This document shows, piece after piece, positions 13,075 to 25,970 of a stretch of DNA of 64,000 nt. The translations under genes and the position numbers were made by a program. The notes under the pieces are model-generated. The model did not search any database. It was given only the letters and a program-made list of their open reading frames with translations, and had not been told where the DNA came from. How positions within the stretch are numbered: the stretch's first letter is position 1; the number at the start of each line of letters is the position of its first letter. Source of the DNA: Camelus ferus (taxonomy: Eukaryota); the NCBI RefSeq assembly GCF_009834535.1, contig NC_045697.1, forward strand, positions 7,566,001 to 7,630,000, in the 5' to 3' direction.

Positions 13075-13480
13075 GTCAACCTATTTCCAACCTATTTTCT
13101 CTCTTACAAGCTCTATGATAAAAGTTATAAACACTAAAATCCAAAATCCTTTCCCAAGCTTCTTCGTATTGAGGCATTGACAAATTGGCACTGATTTTGT
13201 CAATGAGATAGGCAGTAGTCCACCTCTTCACTTTCTCCTCTTTTGGCTTTTGAAGACAGATATATGCAGATGTGATGGCTGGAGCTGCAACAACCATATT
13301 GTGACCATAAGAGCAATGCAAAGAGTATACCAGCTCTAATATTTCTGAGCTATTGGCCCAAGCCAATGGCCACAAAACTCTGAATTTCATTTTATGTGAG
13401 AAAAAACAATTATCTATTTCTTTAAGCCATTATGATCCTGTTTTCTGGCAAACATTTTAGTTAAAATATTAACTGATACA
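13075..13480 (+). mobile_element. MaLR (MLT1-type) LTR
   Basis: gatgtgatggctggagctgcaacaaccatattgtgaccat...tttaagccatt...ttaactgataca are MLT1 hallmarks. Confidence 0.7.
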
Positions 13481-13769
13481 GATTATCTCATTAGGCCATC
13501 ATTCAGATATTACAGTCGGATTGCAAATTTATAGAACACTTCAGTTAATTCTGTAACTGAATTCCTTAAGTTGAAGAAGTTGGAGCAAGGAAAGTCTGGG
13601 GGCATCTCCCGGTCTGCTCTTTTTCTGTCTCCCAGGAGTTTAAGGTTCTTTTTCCCTGGATGTGCTGTTTCTTCTAAGCATTAAGCATCACCTCTGTTGG
13701 TCATTTCTGAGATGCTCAGAGATAGCTTTTGCACTTTGGAGGTAAGAATACCACAAAGATCCACTTTCA

Positions 13770-14400
13770 ACACCAAACTTTAAATCACCATTAGCTTTTG
13801 CTTGAACTACTGCAGTAGTCAGCTAACTGACCCTCGAGTCTTACTTTTATCCAATGTGTTATCCATATAGCAAAAAAGTAATTTTGAAATAACATATTAG
13901 ATGCACAACTCTATGATGCTTTCCATCCATCAGGTGCTTCACATGGTGTGTCCCAGGATGCCCTGTGTCTGGTCCGACTGCGGCCCTCCTTCATCCATAA
14001 ACTTTCAGCCACAGCTTTAGGTGCGTCAAGCTCTGCCTCACCCAAGGCTCTTTGCACTTGCTGTTCCCAGCGCCTGGAATGGTCTTCTTTTGGCTTTGCT
14101 CCTGGCTGGATTTTTGTGTCCTCTGTAATCAGTTTTCATCTCCTTTTACTTAGAGATCTTCCCCGATCAGCTTGTTTAAAACATTCTCATATTTTTCCAT
14201 CTCCTGGGAGCCTGCTTTTTAAATACGTACCATTGTTTCTAATAATTTCCCTTTTACTTCTTTGTTTATTTGTGTAATGTCTGTGCCTGTGACTAAAATA
14301 AAAGTTCCACAAGAAAATGTCTGACCTCAACTCATGGTGTTACCACGCCTAAAAAAAGAGTCTGCACTGGGGGCACTCAATAAATGGCTGTTTAATGAAT
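13770..14400 (+). mobile_element. L2 LINE 3' region
   Basis: ctttgcacttgctgttcccagcgcctggaatg and terminal gcactcaataaatggctgtttaatgaat. Confidence 0.75.
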
Positions 14401-14559
14401 AATTAAACCGTTAGCTGATATTATCAGGCCAGTGAAATAGAAACCTCTAAACTGGGAACTAGTCAGAACAAGAAGTACTGGGAAAATAAGGATATACAGT
14501 AGTGGTATCTGGAGATGCTTTTTCTTAATTACCAAACCAGACAGACTTTTGATTTCTAT

Positions 14560-15020
14560 TCTATTTTTTTATTCTTAATTTTTTCCAGCTTTATTGAGAT
14601 ATGATTGACAAATACAAATTGTTATCTGTTTAAGTGTTATTTTGATATAAGTACACCTGGTGTAATCATTACCAACAGCAAGCTAAGTAACATATCCATC
14701 ATCTCACATAGGTACCACTGTGTGTGTGTGCGTGGTGAGAACACTTAAGATCTACCATCTTAGCAAATATCAAGTATACCATCTATTATTATTAACTATA
14801 GTTGCCTTGCTGTACGTTAGCTCTCCAGAACATATTTATTTGATAACTCAAAGCTTGTACCCTTTGGCCAACATCTGCCTATTCCTCCCCCACCCCCACC
14901 CTCAGCCGCTGGCAACCACCATTTTACTTTCTGTTTCTCTAGGTTTGGCTTTTTCAGATTCTGTGTATAACAGATGATGTCCTGCAATGGTTTTCTTTCA
15001 GTGTCTGTCTTACTTCACTT
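14560..15020 (-). mobile_element. L1MA-like 3' end
   Basis: ccagctttattgagatatgattgacaaat...gtggtgagaacacttaagatctac...ctggcaaccaccatt. Confidence 0.85.
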
Positions 15021-15123
15021 CACACACACTCAGTTTAACTGGTGTAATAAAACACACCTACTATCACACACTCAACTGTATTAGTGAAATAATCTTCTCT
15101 ATGGGATTTTAGATACGGCCAAA

Positions 15124-15563
15124 TGTATGAGTTAAACTTCTCCAGAGAAACAAACCAATAGGATGTGTGTGTGTGTGTGTGTGTGTGCACGTGTGTGTGC
15201 ACATGAGCAGAGAGAGAAAGAGGGAGACTTATTTTGCAGAGTTAACTCACAGCATTGTGGATCCTGGCAAGTCCAGACTCTGCAGAGTTCAGTCAAGAGG
15301 CTAGAGACTCAGGGAAGAGTTGATGCTGCAGTCTGAGTCTGAAGGCTGTCTACCGACAGAATCTCCGCTTTCTTCCAGGATATCAGTCTTTTTCCTATCT
15401 AGGCTTTCAACTGATTGGATGAGGCCCACCCACATTATGGAGGGTAGTCTGCTTTACTGATTTCCGTGTTAAATACCTTTACTGAAATATCTAGACTCAC
15501 CCTTAGAGCAAATATCTGGGTACTGTGGTCTAGCTAACTTGGCACATAAAATTAACCATCACA
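15124..15563 (-). mobile_element. MLT2 (ERVL) solo LTR containing a (TG)n tract
   Basis: ttctccagagaaacaaaccaatagg...ttcaactgattggatgaggcccacccacatt...cacataaaattaaccatcaca. Confidence 0.85.
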
Positions 15564-17104
15564 GCAAGTTAAAAACATTAATGATAAATTTAGAATGATT
15601 TTCTTGTCCCTCCTTCCCATTTCTCCAGGATCTGATAAGAATTTAGTTCTTTAAAGAAAAAAAGTGTTGAAGTATTTTAATAAAGGAAGAAGATAAAAAG
15701 AGAAGCTAGTAAATGGAGTTTTAATTATTTTTGTAATTTGTTGCTGGTCTGTACCTGAATGGTCTCTCTGTCATATCTTTGCTAATGTCCTTGCTCTTAG
15801 GTGGACTGGATGTGGGCAGAACAAATGCAGCATCATTTGTTAGAAGTGTGCATGGTGACCTCTATCCCACCTTTAACTTTCTCATGATAAGTGATAAGAA
15901 GCTGTCACTTGTTTTTTAGTATTAAAGACAAAGTCAAAGAATAGGTTATGATGAAATTATGCTCAAATAGAGAATTCCTTTCAGTATGTTTTCATTGTAA
16001 GGATCATCTTAACAAGTTGGTTTAGATATTTTCAGTCCTAATTAATATATATTAACTCTTATTTGCTAAGATACTAATAATTCATTAGAACTTTTAAATT
16101 AAACATTATTACTTTTAAAAAAAGAACTTGGGGACAGATTGCTATAAATTCCCAGACCAAAAAAAGCTTTCCATCAGAGTATAGCCAAGGAAGTGAGGCA
16201 ATGAAGAAGGTGAGGAAGAAATCAAGCCCCAGAATATCGACAAGCACCAGGCAGTCCAAGGAAACTGGTGAAGAGGGGACTGCAGCTCCTCTAGAAGGAT
16301 GGAAGTCTTGTCTAACCTGGCACTGGAGATCCCCCACACTGAGGCGTTCTGCAGTGGGACTGAGGGTAAATCTTTTCCTGCAGAATGAAAATCAATAAAG
16401 CATATTTTGCTCAAGCCGCAGAACATACAGGAAAACATTGTGAAAGTAGTATTGCTACCAGGCTGTGAAAGTACATTGCCTTTAGTTCGGAGTAGTTTCA
16501 AATTTTATTGTATTTCCATTTGCATCCTTGGAGTAGTGAAGCCCTGAGGAATACAGTTTTGGTGATGTAATAACAAGTACGCCTTCCTGAAAATACCTTT
16601 GCTTAGAACTTCTAAACAACGTTGAAAAGAAAACTGATTCAGGCCATTAAATTTGATATATCCTGGATATCTCTCACCATCGGTATCCAGTGATAAGAGA
16701 ACATAGAAAATGACTAAAGGTTTAAGATAACAAGCCTTAATGAAAAGATCTGGATACAAAACTGAAATTAATGTTTTCAGTGCATCCAAGGCAGAGAACC
16801 CTAGGCTCACAAAAACGATGACTGCCATGTAGTTAGAGAGGCTCTGCTGATGGAGATGTTCTGGCCACGTCAAGGCTGTCTGTGAACTAGGACCACCTGG
16901 TCAAGGAGAGGGCTCCAGACCAAGGCTTCTGAGCATTTTCTCTGTCTGGACCTTGGGCTGCCTGAGGAAGACTACAGGTCCATTCCCTTCTCAGAATAAT
17001 GTAAATAAAATTGCATAAAGTAAATGAGATTGTAAGATTATTTAAGGTACGAGTAAATATAACTATCAAAATAATAATGTAAAACCAGATAGTAACATGT
17101 TCAC

Positions 17105-17183
17105 TTTTTTAATTCTTATTTTTTATTGAAGTGTAGTTGATTTACAATGTTAGTTTCATGTGTACAGCAAAGTGATTCAGTTT

Positions 17184-17216
<33 letters not shown>

Positions 17217-17405
17217 ATATATTTTCGATTCTCTTCCATTATAGCAAATTACAAGAAATTGAATATAGTTCCCTGTGCTATACAGTAGATCTTTGTGTGT
17301 ATATATATTTTTGTGTGTAGATATAATTTGTATCTATCAATACCAAACCCCTAATCTCTCTCTCCCCACCACCTTTCTCCTGGTAACCAAAGTTTGTTTT
17401 CTGTT
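17105..17405 (-). mobile_element. L1 3' end, older subfamily type
   Basis: ttttattgaagtgtagttgatttacaatgtt...gaatatagttccctgtgctatacagtag. Confidence 0.85.
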
Positions 17406-17825
17406 AAATAACAATATCTAGTGATGAGAATCATAAATAACAGAATAGCAAAGTAGTAATGAGATTAAAATTCTTGAGATATCTGAAAAATTTGTATAAT
17501 GTAATCTGACTTGATCTATAAATTCTGTTGGTAGCTGTGTATGTTCCTGGCATTAGTTGTCCGAGTTCACAGTAGAAAAGTGAGCTAAATTTCAATTAGA
17601 AGTTTCACTGGGAAAAAAATATTTTTTTTTCTCCCATTCAAACTCAGAAACCCTTTGAGGGGTCTGTGAAGTCCAGTTTAAGAACTCTTACACAATAGTT
17701 CTCAACTTTAACATCAGAATCACTGGGGAGTTAAAAAGAGAAACATGCTCGAGGCATCCTCCAAAGGTTCTAATTGGATCAGTCTGAGTTTCGGCCTGGA
17801 CAAACAGAGAATGGAATTTTGTAGG

Positions 17826-18013
17826 CATGTGTGTATGCTGTGTGTGATGTGTGTGTGTGGTGTGTGTGTGTGTGTGCTGTGTGTGTGTATGTGTGTGTGG
17901 TGTGTGTGTGTGGTGTGTATGTGTGTGTGGTGTGTGTGGTATGTGTGTGTATGTGTGTGTGTGGTGTGTGTGTATTTGTGTGTGTGTGTGTGTGTGTGTG
18001 TGGCGTGTGTGTG
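17826..18013. repeat. Compound (TG)n microsatellite, ~190 bp
   Basis: Near-continuous TG dinucleotides with GG, TA and GC interruptions. Confidence 0.95.
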
Positions 18014-18479
18014 AGAAACTGAGCTCTTTGAGCTTCTGGAATAACATACCATTTTGAGTGCTGTCAGTTATTATCTGTGAAATAAACACCTGTTTGTGTC
18101 ATTTTCTGCATCCTTAACACTTAACATTTCCCTTCACAATTTTTTTAACGAAACAGCCTTGCATTACTTGTCATTTTAGCCACTTTAAAGTGTTTCTGCT
18201 ATTGTAAAAAGTGAAATGCTGTAAGAACTTACATGTACTTTAAATACAGTTTGAATTAAGATAAAGTTAATTTCTAAAAATGATTCTCTAAGGGGATTTG
18301 CTGGTGGGATTTTAGGGTTCTAATTTTAACTTAAAAATTCAGCTGGGAAATAGTTGTCTCCATTTCTGTGAGATTCTTTGCTCCGTCACAACAGCCCTCT
18401 TGCTCTCGTAAATGACTTCTGCACTCTATTGCTGCAACCTTGTAAATCCGGGTCATCACTATGTGTGGTAGGTGCAATG

Positions 18480-18850
18480 ATGAGGCGCGGGGACCGGGTT
18501 CTGAAAGCGCAGAGAAGGGCAATCAGGAGTCAGGGGAGGCAGGGTTGGAACCTGAGACGTGGAGGAAACACAAGAGCGAGCAGAGAGACGGGAGACAGAT
18601 GGGGTTTGCTTCAGGAGAGAGCGTTCTAGGTGGAGGGGGAAAATGATTCCCCAAATGAGAGGTAAGAACGAGCAAGTTCCGCTTAGAACTGAAATTGGAA
18701 CGTCTGAAGCTTAGGCTCTGGGAGGGGAGCAGTTGCAGAGGAGGCTGGAGAGAAGACAGACAGCGCCTCCTTGGCCAACATCTTAAGGAAGCTTAGACTT
18801 CATTCTATAAGCTGGAGGAAGGCGTTAGAGACTTAGACAGGGGAGACTCA
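18480..18850 (-). mobile_element. L2 LINE remnant
   Basis: Purine-rich reverse-strand L2 motifs (aaggaagcttagacttcattct, gaggaggctggagag). Confidence 0.5.
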
Positions 18851-18929
18851 ACTGCAGACTTGTAAATATACTGAGTGCAGTGTGGGGAACACATTGGCGG
18901 GAAAACTGGCAAGACTGGGATCAGTGTGA

Positions 18930-19925
18930 CTTTAAATACCTGGCTGTGCCAAAGATGCCAAAATATACTTCTCCTGCCCTGCCTTCTTCCACCAACGCCA
19001 GACTCGTTCATCAGTTATGCGTGTCTCCACTTGGGTGTCTAATGGACACCCCAAACCTAGTATCCTAATATGCCTACAGCTAGCCTCTGGAAGTTTCCTC
19101 TAAACCTGTTCCGCCCAGAACCTTTTCCATTTTAATTATGCTTTTTTTTTTTTTTTTTTTTTTTTTGCTGTAGCCAAAACCCTGGAGTCCTCCTTCTCCT
19201 TTTCACTCACATGGCAAATCTAATATATCAGAATCCTTTATCCTTTATCTTCAAGTCATATTCGGAATCTGATGACTTCTTACCACCCTCGTGCTCTTGT
19301 TCATCTTCTCATGTCTGAACTGCTGTAGGAGCCTCCTAGCTGGTCTTCCTGATTCTGTCTACAGCAGGGCAACAAGCAAGATTATCTTAAAACCTAAGTA
19401 CATAAGCACAATCACGTCCCTCCTCTGCTCAGACCCTGAGATGGCTCCATATTTTGCAAAGTAGAAGTCATCATTCTTACGGTCCCTAAAAGTTGTAAAT
19501 ACCATCACACCTGCAGCTGTGACTTCTCAACTTCAACTCTTTCTACTCTTCCCAACCCCTGATTCTAACATGATTCTTTAAGGTTTGCTGAAACAGGCAC
19601 ATCCCACTTTAGAACCTTTAACTGGTTAGACTCTGTCAAGAAAACACTTTTCCCTGCCTTAACTCTATTACCCACTTCAAGTTTTTGTTTGTCCCTACTC
19701 AGTGGGACCTACTCTGACCACCTTTCTTTCCTTTTTCTATAACACCTAGCAGTCGCTATGATACTCTTCAACAATGCATTGTATCTACTGCTTACTGTCC
19801 CTTCTCCAACCAGAATGTGAGCAGGCAAGGGCAAGGAGACACCTCTGATTTGCTCACTGATATACCTCTAGCATCATAAATAGTGCTTGGAACATAATTG
19901 TCACTCAATAAATATTTTGGAAAAG
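18930..19925 (+). mobile_element. L2 LINE 3' ~1 kb
   Basis: tctccacttgggtgtctaat, gccaaaaccctggagtcctcc and terminal cactcaataaatattt. Confidence 0.8.
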
Positions 19926-19949
19926 GTGAGAGAGGATAATTATCTGGCA

Positions 19950-21290
19950 CTGAGAAGGGTGAATGGACAGAATTAAATAGTGATATGGTGCAGACTTGAG
20001 AAATAGAATCAGTGGGCTTTTATAGTACGTTGTACGGGTTATAGAAGTAGGAGGAGTTATTGATAACATGCAGGTGTCTGGTTCAATGTACAGCTTCGAT
20101 GCAGATGGCATTTACTGAGAGACAGGATATCAGAGCACAAGCAAACAAGAGTGGAAAGAAGATAATTCCAGCAGTACTAGAAAAATACAGAGACAGGTAT
20201 GGGGTACACCCAGTCCAGCTATAGAGATGCAGGTGTTTATGGGAATCTTCATGCCAGGAGAAGGGTATGGAAACAGCTGTCCAGGAGTGGGTGGCGGGAT
20301 GCAGTAATAGCATGAAGGACACCGAAGCCAAGGAGGGGAATGATCACCAAGTGGGCTGTAGGCTTCTCAGTAAGAAACTGTGGGAAGAATGAGGGGAACC
20401 AGCTCTGGGAACAGAACCATGAGTAATGCAGACATTATTAAAGGCAAGTTGAGGAACGAGGAAATCACTATGAAAATAAATTAAGATAAAGCAAACAATA
20501 TATAGAAAATCCTCATCATTCTAGATGCTGAGTGAAGGGAGTGTTTTACGAAAGAGTTGTTGGCCACATCTATGGAGACACCAAATAGTTAACGTCTAAA
20601 AAATTCCAATAACTTTGGCAACAAGGGGGGGTATTGTAAATATGCAAAAGATAGTTTTAACAAACTACTAAAATATGTTTTAAATCTTAGCTCCAAAGGG
20701 GAAGAGGAAGGTTAAGTCAGTAGTTGGTGGGAAATGAAAACTTGAACAAAGGCTTGTTTATAGGAGAGAAACTTTAGCAGATTTAGCTCGGGTGGGAAGA
20801 GAGAGGGGATATTGAAAATGGATACAATGATCCTAAAAATAATGAAATGAGTTCCTATTTATTTATTTCATTTATTATTAATAGGAGAGAAAACTTAGTA
20901 GATTTACTCAGAGACAAGTAGAGAGGGGATATTGAAACATGGATAAAACAATCCTAAAAATAATGAAACGAGTTCCTAGAAAGGTGGGACCTGCCAACAG
21001 GGAAGGGCGTTGCACAGACTCTATTTCCTTCTTTGTGAAAGGAAGAGCATGACAAAGGTATTTGCTTTACAGGTGTGCTGGCTGGAAGTTTAAAGAAGTC
21101 TTATCTGGTATCTCTATGTTCCTCTGAGAATATAAGAGGTGAAGTCCCACTTTTGAAAATGATGGAAGACATGCTGAAGTCGAAAATAAAGGATGATGAT
21201 GAGGACAGTTGGAGGGTCCCAGAGAAGGACTGAAGGTCCAGTGAATTAGCGTGTATTACCCATTCCATCTCATGCAAACCCACCCTTGCT
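19950..21290 (-). mobile_element. L2 LINE remnant
   Basis: caggtgtctggttcaatg...gatggcatttactgag and further reverse-strand L2-like motifs. Highly diverged. Confidence 0.5.
20760..20978. repeat. Tandem duplication of a 98 bp unit (20760-20857 and 20881-20978)
   Basis: Both copies read ataggagagaaa...gagaggggatattgaaa...atcctaaaaataatgaaa.gagttccta, separated by a 23 bp AT spacer. Confidence 0.9.
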
Positions 21291-21639
21291 CGTTAATCTG
21301 CAGCCTCACTGATTTCACGTCCTCTGTTGTGGAAGTTCCCTCTCATGTCAAGCCTTTGGCCAGGACTTCCCATCTACCTGACATAATTTAAAAGCTACTC
21401 TGTCTAAAATAGAAAATAGCCCATTGTTCATAGTGTTCTTTTTATTTCCTTTACATTGCTAACAATTTGTAGCGATTCATTCATCATTTTGTTTATGTCT
21501 TTCATATAAAAATAAACCATCTTACTTTTTATTTCATTTTTTCAACCATTTTAACTCTAATGTCTCAACAGATGTAGGTGATCAAGTATTTACTGATCAT
21601 TGAATAAACTGGATTTATAGTGGCATTAGCCAAAAAAAA

Positions 21640-22140
21640 AGCTGACTTTAAAAGATGTGATTATATAAAAAATAAAAGTGGAGGAATTTAGAATTTAGCT
21701 TTAGACTTAGAAAATTAAAAGTAAGCAAAGTAATTAATCCAAGTAAATAAAAATGGAAAGTGAAATGTACAAACTGATATTATGTATAAATCAAAAAATA
21801 AATTCAAGATAGGATTTTTAGTAAAACATAATGAATTAGATACAGATTGACTACTTGGATTGACAAAACTGAAACAAGGGAAATAAGAAAGGAGTGTAAC
21901 TGCAGATCATGCGGAGATTTGAAGATCATTGGCAAATAAAATGTATAACCTTATGCTGCTAAATTTGACAAACCCAAAGAAAAAGATCCTCTTCTTTTCT
22001 CAGAACATGTAAATTGCCCCAATTGTCTCAGTAACAAGTAGAAAAGTTGAATAGACAAATAATTATGAAAGGAGCTGGAAAAGTTTTCAAAGATTTTCTT
22101 CTTAAAAATGTTCCAGGGGACTTCGAAGCAAAGCAGAGGA
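21640..22140 (+). mobile_element. Ancient L1 (L1ME-like) ORF2 fragment
   Basis: A-rich. accttatgctgctaaatttgacaaacc and agtagaaaagttgaatagac match L1 ORF2. Confidence 0.55.
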
Positions 22141-22879
22141 GTGAATACAATTGATTTTGGTCTTCACCTCTCTCTAGTTTTTTTCCCAATTGCTCCTTGA
22201 AATGAACAATGAAATATAAAAATAGGCAGAACCCTGCACTGGTACTGTACACCTGTAAAGGCGTCTCTCCATTGTGGAAAGTATATTGGAGAGGGAACAC
22301 GAGTGAGGGAACACCCAGCTGTATAAAGGTCAGTGGATGGGCAAGAAGAAGAACAGCTCAGCAGAGCTTTATTATTACCTGGAAACAACCTAGAGAGAGG
22401 GCTGAGGCTACAGCAAACAGCAGGGAGCATGTGCTGATGTCCTTAACTGCACTGAGAAGTCTTACGGCTGGAGCCACATTGATAATGAGTCTGCAGAGGG
22501 ACTTCTTCACTGGTTCTAATTGGCATGGGCAGCCTTGTTCCTAGCTGGCTTCCAGCAGTCATCTTCTTTGCCGGCTCCTAATGAGGCCAGTCATACCAGG
22601 CAAATGGTAAAGATACACCAACTCCTGGCTGCTCTCCCAAGCAGACAAAGACAGTACTTGAATACAGAGCTGAAGGTCTGTATTCCAACTTGCCCTGCTT
22701 CCTCAATCCAGATTCATTTCCAGATTTTACAACCAGTTAAATGAAATGATTGAAAAGGACATTAAATATGACCATGGTTTTTCTTCCTAACTAAAATATT
22801 GGAAAAGCACATTAAGTCTGATCATGATTTTCTTTCCTATGCTAATCTGTAAGATTTTAAATATAAAAATCTTATTTGT

Positions 22880-23390
22880 GAGAGTGCTTTTAGTTATTAG
22901 CATTGGAAGCCCAATGAAAACTAACTTAATGCAAAAAAGATGATATACGCGGTATATGATTGACAAAATCATAACCAAATCTAGGGTGAGGTATGGTGGA
23001 GCTGGGAGTTAAGATAATAGCTTCAAGACTCCCTAGTTGTCCTTCATCTCTGTGCCTCTTTGTTTTCACTGTGGGCTGTCTTTTATGTTCTGCAGGTGGA
23101 TTTCTCCGTTTGGCTGGGAAAGCCCTAGTTTATGTCTTTCTTCAGTGTTATACTTGTCCCTAGCACCCACCTGCAGTGGGCTGCAGATCCATCCCTGTAC
23201 AGATTCCTCTGGGGGAGATGATGGAGCACTCTTATCATTGGTCAGTTTTAGTCAAGTACCCATCCTCATAGCAGAGACAGGGGAGTAGGGGTGACTTCAG
23301 GTTTCTCTCACAGCATGGAATGAAGTCTCTCCCAGAACGGAGAAGCTGTACTACTAGAAGTAAGAGGCTAGTGTGTGGGTAGAGAAAACT
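22880..23390 (-). mobile_element. MaLR (MLT1) LTR remnant
   Basis: catctctgtgcctctttgttttcactgtgggctgtcttttat and ttggtcagttttagtcaagtaccc are reverse MLT1 motifs. Confidence 0.5.
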
Positions 23391-24269
23391 AGCACCCCTG
23401 TTATCAATATGCTACCATTGTTGTCATAACCCCATTTTCAAAAGAAAGCAAACATGCAGCTGTGCAAGGATAAAGTAGTAGAGAAATAACATGTACACAC
23501 ATATTTAACAGGCAACTGTAACAACAGTATTACCCCCTAAATATAATGCTCTTAAAAAACAGGATCAACAGCTATAGAAAGCTTCTGATTCAGTAAGATA
23601 TAAGTATCATTCTATTTTTGGAAGTAATTTCCAGTTTAGATTATCTTACTGTAAACCGGCACAGACGCCCTCACCATCACTGAATTCTACACAGAGAATA
23701 GCACCCCACATTGGGCTAAGCCAGTCACCATCTTCTGGAGCAGAACTCCAGGGCCTGGGTGGGGTGTAGCTCAGTGGTCACCGGAACAGGAAGCTGAGTC
23801 AGCTCCTCTGTACAGAGATTAAGGGAAATCGGAGGGTACTGTGTGGATGGAGAAGTTCAATAAACTAACCACATAAATATGCTCATAACCTAGACGCCAT
23901 CTTGGAGAAGAGAAGAGAAAATGGTAAGAAACTTGAAAGGTTAGTCATTTTACCTAAAGGTCCAGTAATTACAAATCACACTATATTTTTGAACTGAATT
24001 AACATTCAATGATTTTATTTCCTTTGTTACCAGCAGTTGGAGGCTTGTGAAGACATTTAGATCTTTTACCAAATATGAAAAAAATTATATTCTCTGTACT
24101 CATCTGTATTATAACATGAGAAATCTATGTATTTTTAATTTAACTATGAAACTCAGAGAAATAGTTATAAGGAAGTCATTGTATAAAATTAGGAAACTTT
24201 AGTGGGGAAAGAAACCATTTTTGTCAAAATGATTTTAAACTCATGAAAAGTGATCATCGCTGCTGTAGA

Positions 24270-25145
24270 TGGCAGATTGAAGAATTAAGAATAGTGAAGT
24301 CATAAAAGAAAAGTGAGAAAGGTTCTCAGAGTTCTAAAAACAAATAAAAAAATTAAAACTAAGAAAAGGTAAAAACATGGGCTTGAGCCAGTATATAATT
24401 ATGGAAAACTTAATCAAGAATAATGAAGGAGTACTCAAACATTAGAAGAGACAAAATGAATATAACAATAGACACACAAGGTATTTAAAGTGTAAGTGGA
24501 TTCAAATCTATGCTAATAAATTTGAAAATCTCACAAAAATGCATAATTTTCAGCAAGATATTAATTATGTAAATTGATTCAAGAAAGTAGAAAAATTGAA
24601 TAGATCAATGAAAAGGAGACAATTTAAGACTGTCAAAAATTACTTCAAAATATGTCTGCTTTAGGCAGTGTTTTACAGGTAAGTGCTTTCAAACATTCAA
24701 GTAACAAATTATTTACATGCTACACAAATCGTTTGCAATCATATCAAAAAGAAAAAGAAAAAGAAGGAAATCTTGCAAGTACATTTTTTGATACTAGCTC
24801 AATCACAGTAGCCAAACAAAGACAGCATAAAAAAAAGGAAACTTCATTCCATCTTTATTTATGACTTTAAATGGAAGAAAGTGAAAAGAAATACTAACAA
24901 ATTGCAATTGGTAGTACATTTTAAAAATAAAATTGCATAGCCTAGGTTGGTAGAACATTCCAGGGAGAGACATGTGATTAATATAAGGGATTCATTAACT
25001 TAGTATATCATTTCACTTGGTCAAATTATTTTTAAAAAGTCAAAGAATCATTTAGAAAGATTCTGAAATGGCATTGTCATATTACACATCCATTCTATAA
25101 TCCATAATAATTATCTATAATAATCCATAATTGAAAAGAAAATTA
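24270..25145 (+). mobile_element. Ancient L1 ORF2 fragment
   Basis: ctatgctaataaatttgaaaatct, caagaaagtagaaaaattgaatagatcaat. Confidence 0.65.
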
Positions 25146-25511
25146 AGCACTAAAATGTGATAAGAGCAAGAATTCTATATGCAATGAAGTTAGAAGATAG
25201 AAGGAAAAACTCCTAGGAGTTCAGAATTTTAAAACTTGAATTTGAATGTGTGAGATTCAGAATCACAGATACAGTGTTACAAGAGGTAGCTCTGGCAGTG
25301 CCTTCTTCAGTGTCCTTGGCTATCAGGAGGAACCCTCTAGGACACAAAGTGCAGCCTCACACCTTTCCAGGCCCTGGGGTGAGATTTGTTAGTTGTGACG
25401 ATGTTTAAATAACTAGGTATTTGCATTTTAAAATGTGTAAGCTGTGTGGAAAGCTAGTTATATTATTATACTGATGAACTTAAGGACATAGGTTGGTTTC
25501 ACATCAATTTT

Positions 25512-25546
25512 ATCATCATCACCATCATCATCGTCATCATCATCAT
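25512..25546. repeat. (CAT)n trinucleotide microsatellite
   Basis: atcatcatcaccatcatcatcgtcatcatcatcat. Confidence 0.9.
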
Positions 25547-25839
25547 TGTGGTACAGACTTTTTTCCCCATTAACCTGGGCCAAGATCTAAGGGACAATAT
25601 TTGGGCTTAATGAGTTGATAATAATATAGCTGGAATGACAATAACATCTCAGCACAAGTCATATGGCTAGGTAAAAAAAAAATATTTATGGTGTTCTCAA
25701 GTTATTTATGGAATAAGATGAGGGAGAAAACACCCCAAATGTGGACAATTTCTAAGCATTCTCCTGGGGCTTTAAGTTTTACTTTGGACTTCAACATGGA
25801 TTATCCTCACTGAGCATCACTGCAACACAATGGCCAGGC

Positions 25840-25970
25840 AGGACAGGTGATTTTAGACCTAGAGCTTAGCTGAGGGAATTGAGACACAGGGAAATTAAGT
25901 GACTACTCTGGGGCAACTCCCCTAGCAAGTGACAGAACAGAAACTGGAACCCAGGCCTTCTGAGCCTTTG
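25840..25970 (-). mobile_element. MIR SINE
   Basis: tgagggaattgagacacagggaaattaagtgact...agcaagtgacagaacagaaactggaacccaggccttctga. Confidence 0.7.

Noticed and set aside
17688..18089. His/Thr- and Cys/Val-rich ORFs
   Set aside because: Translations of the TG microsatellite.
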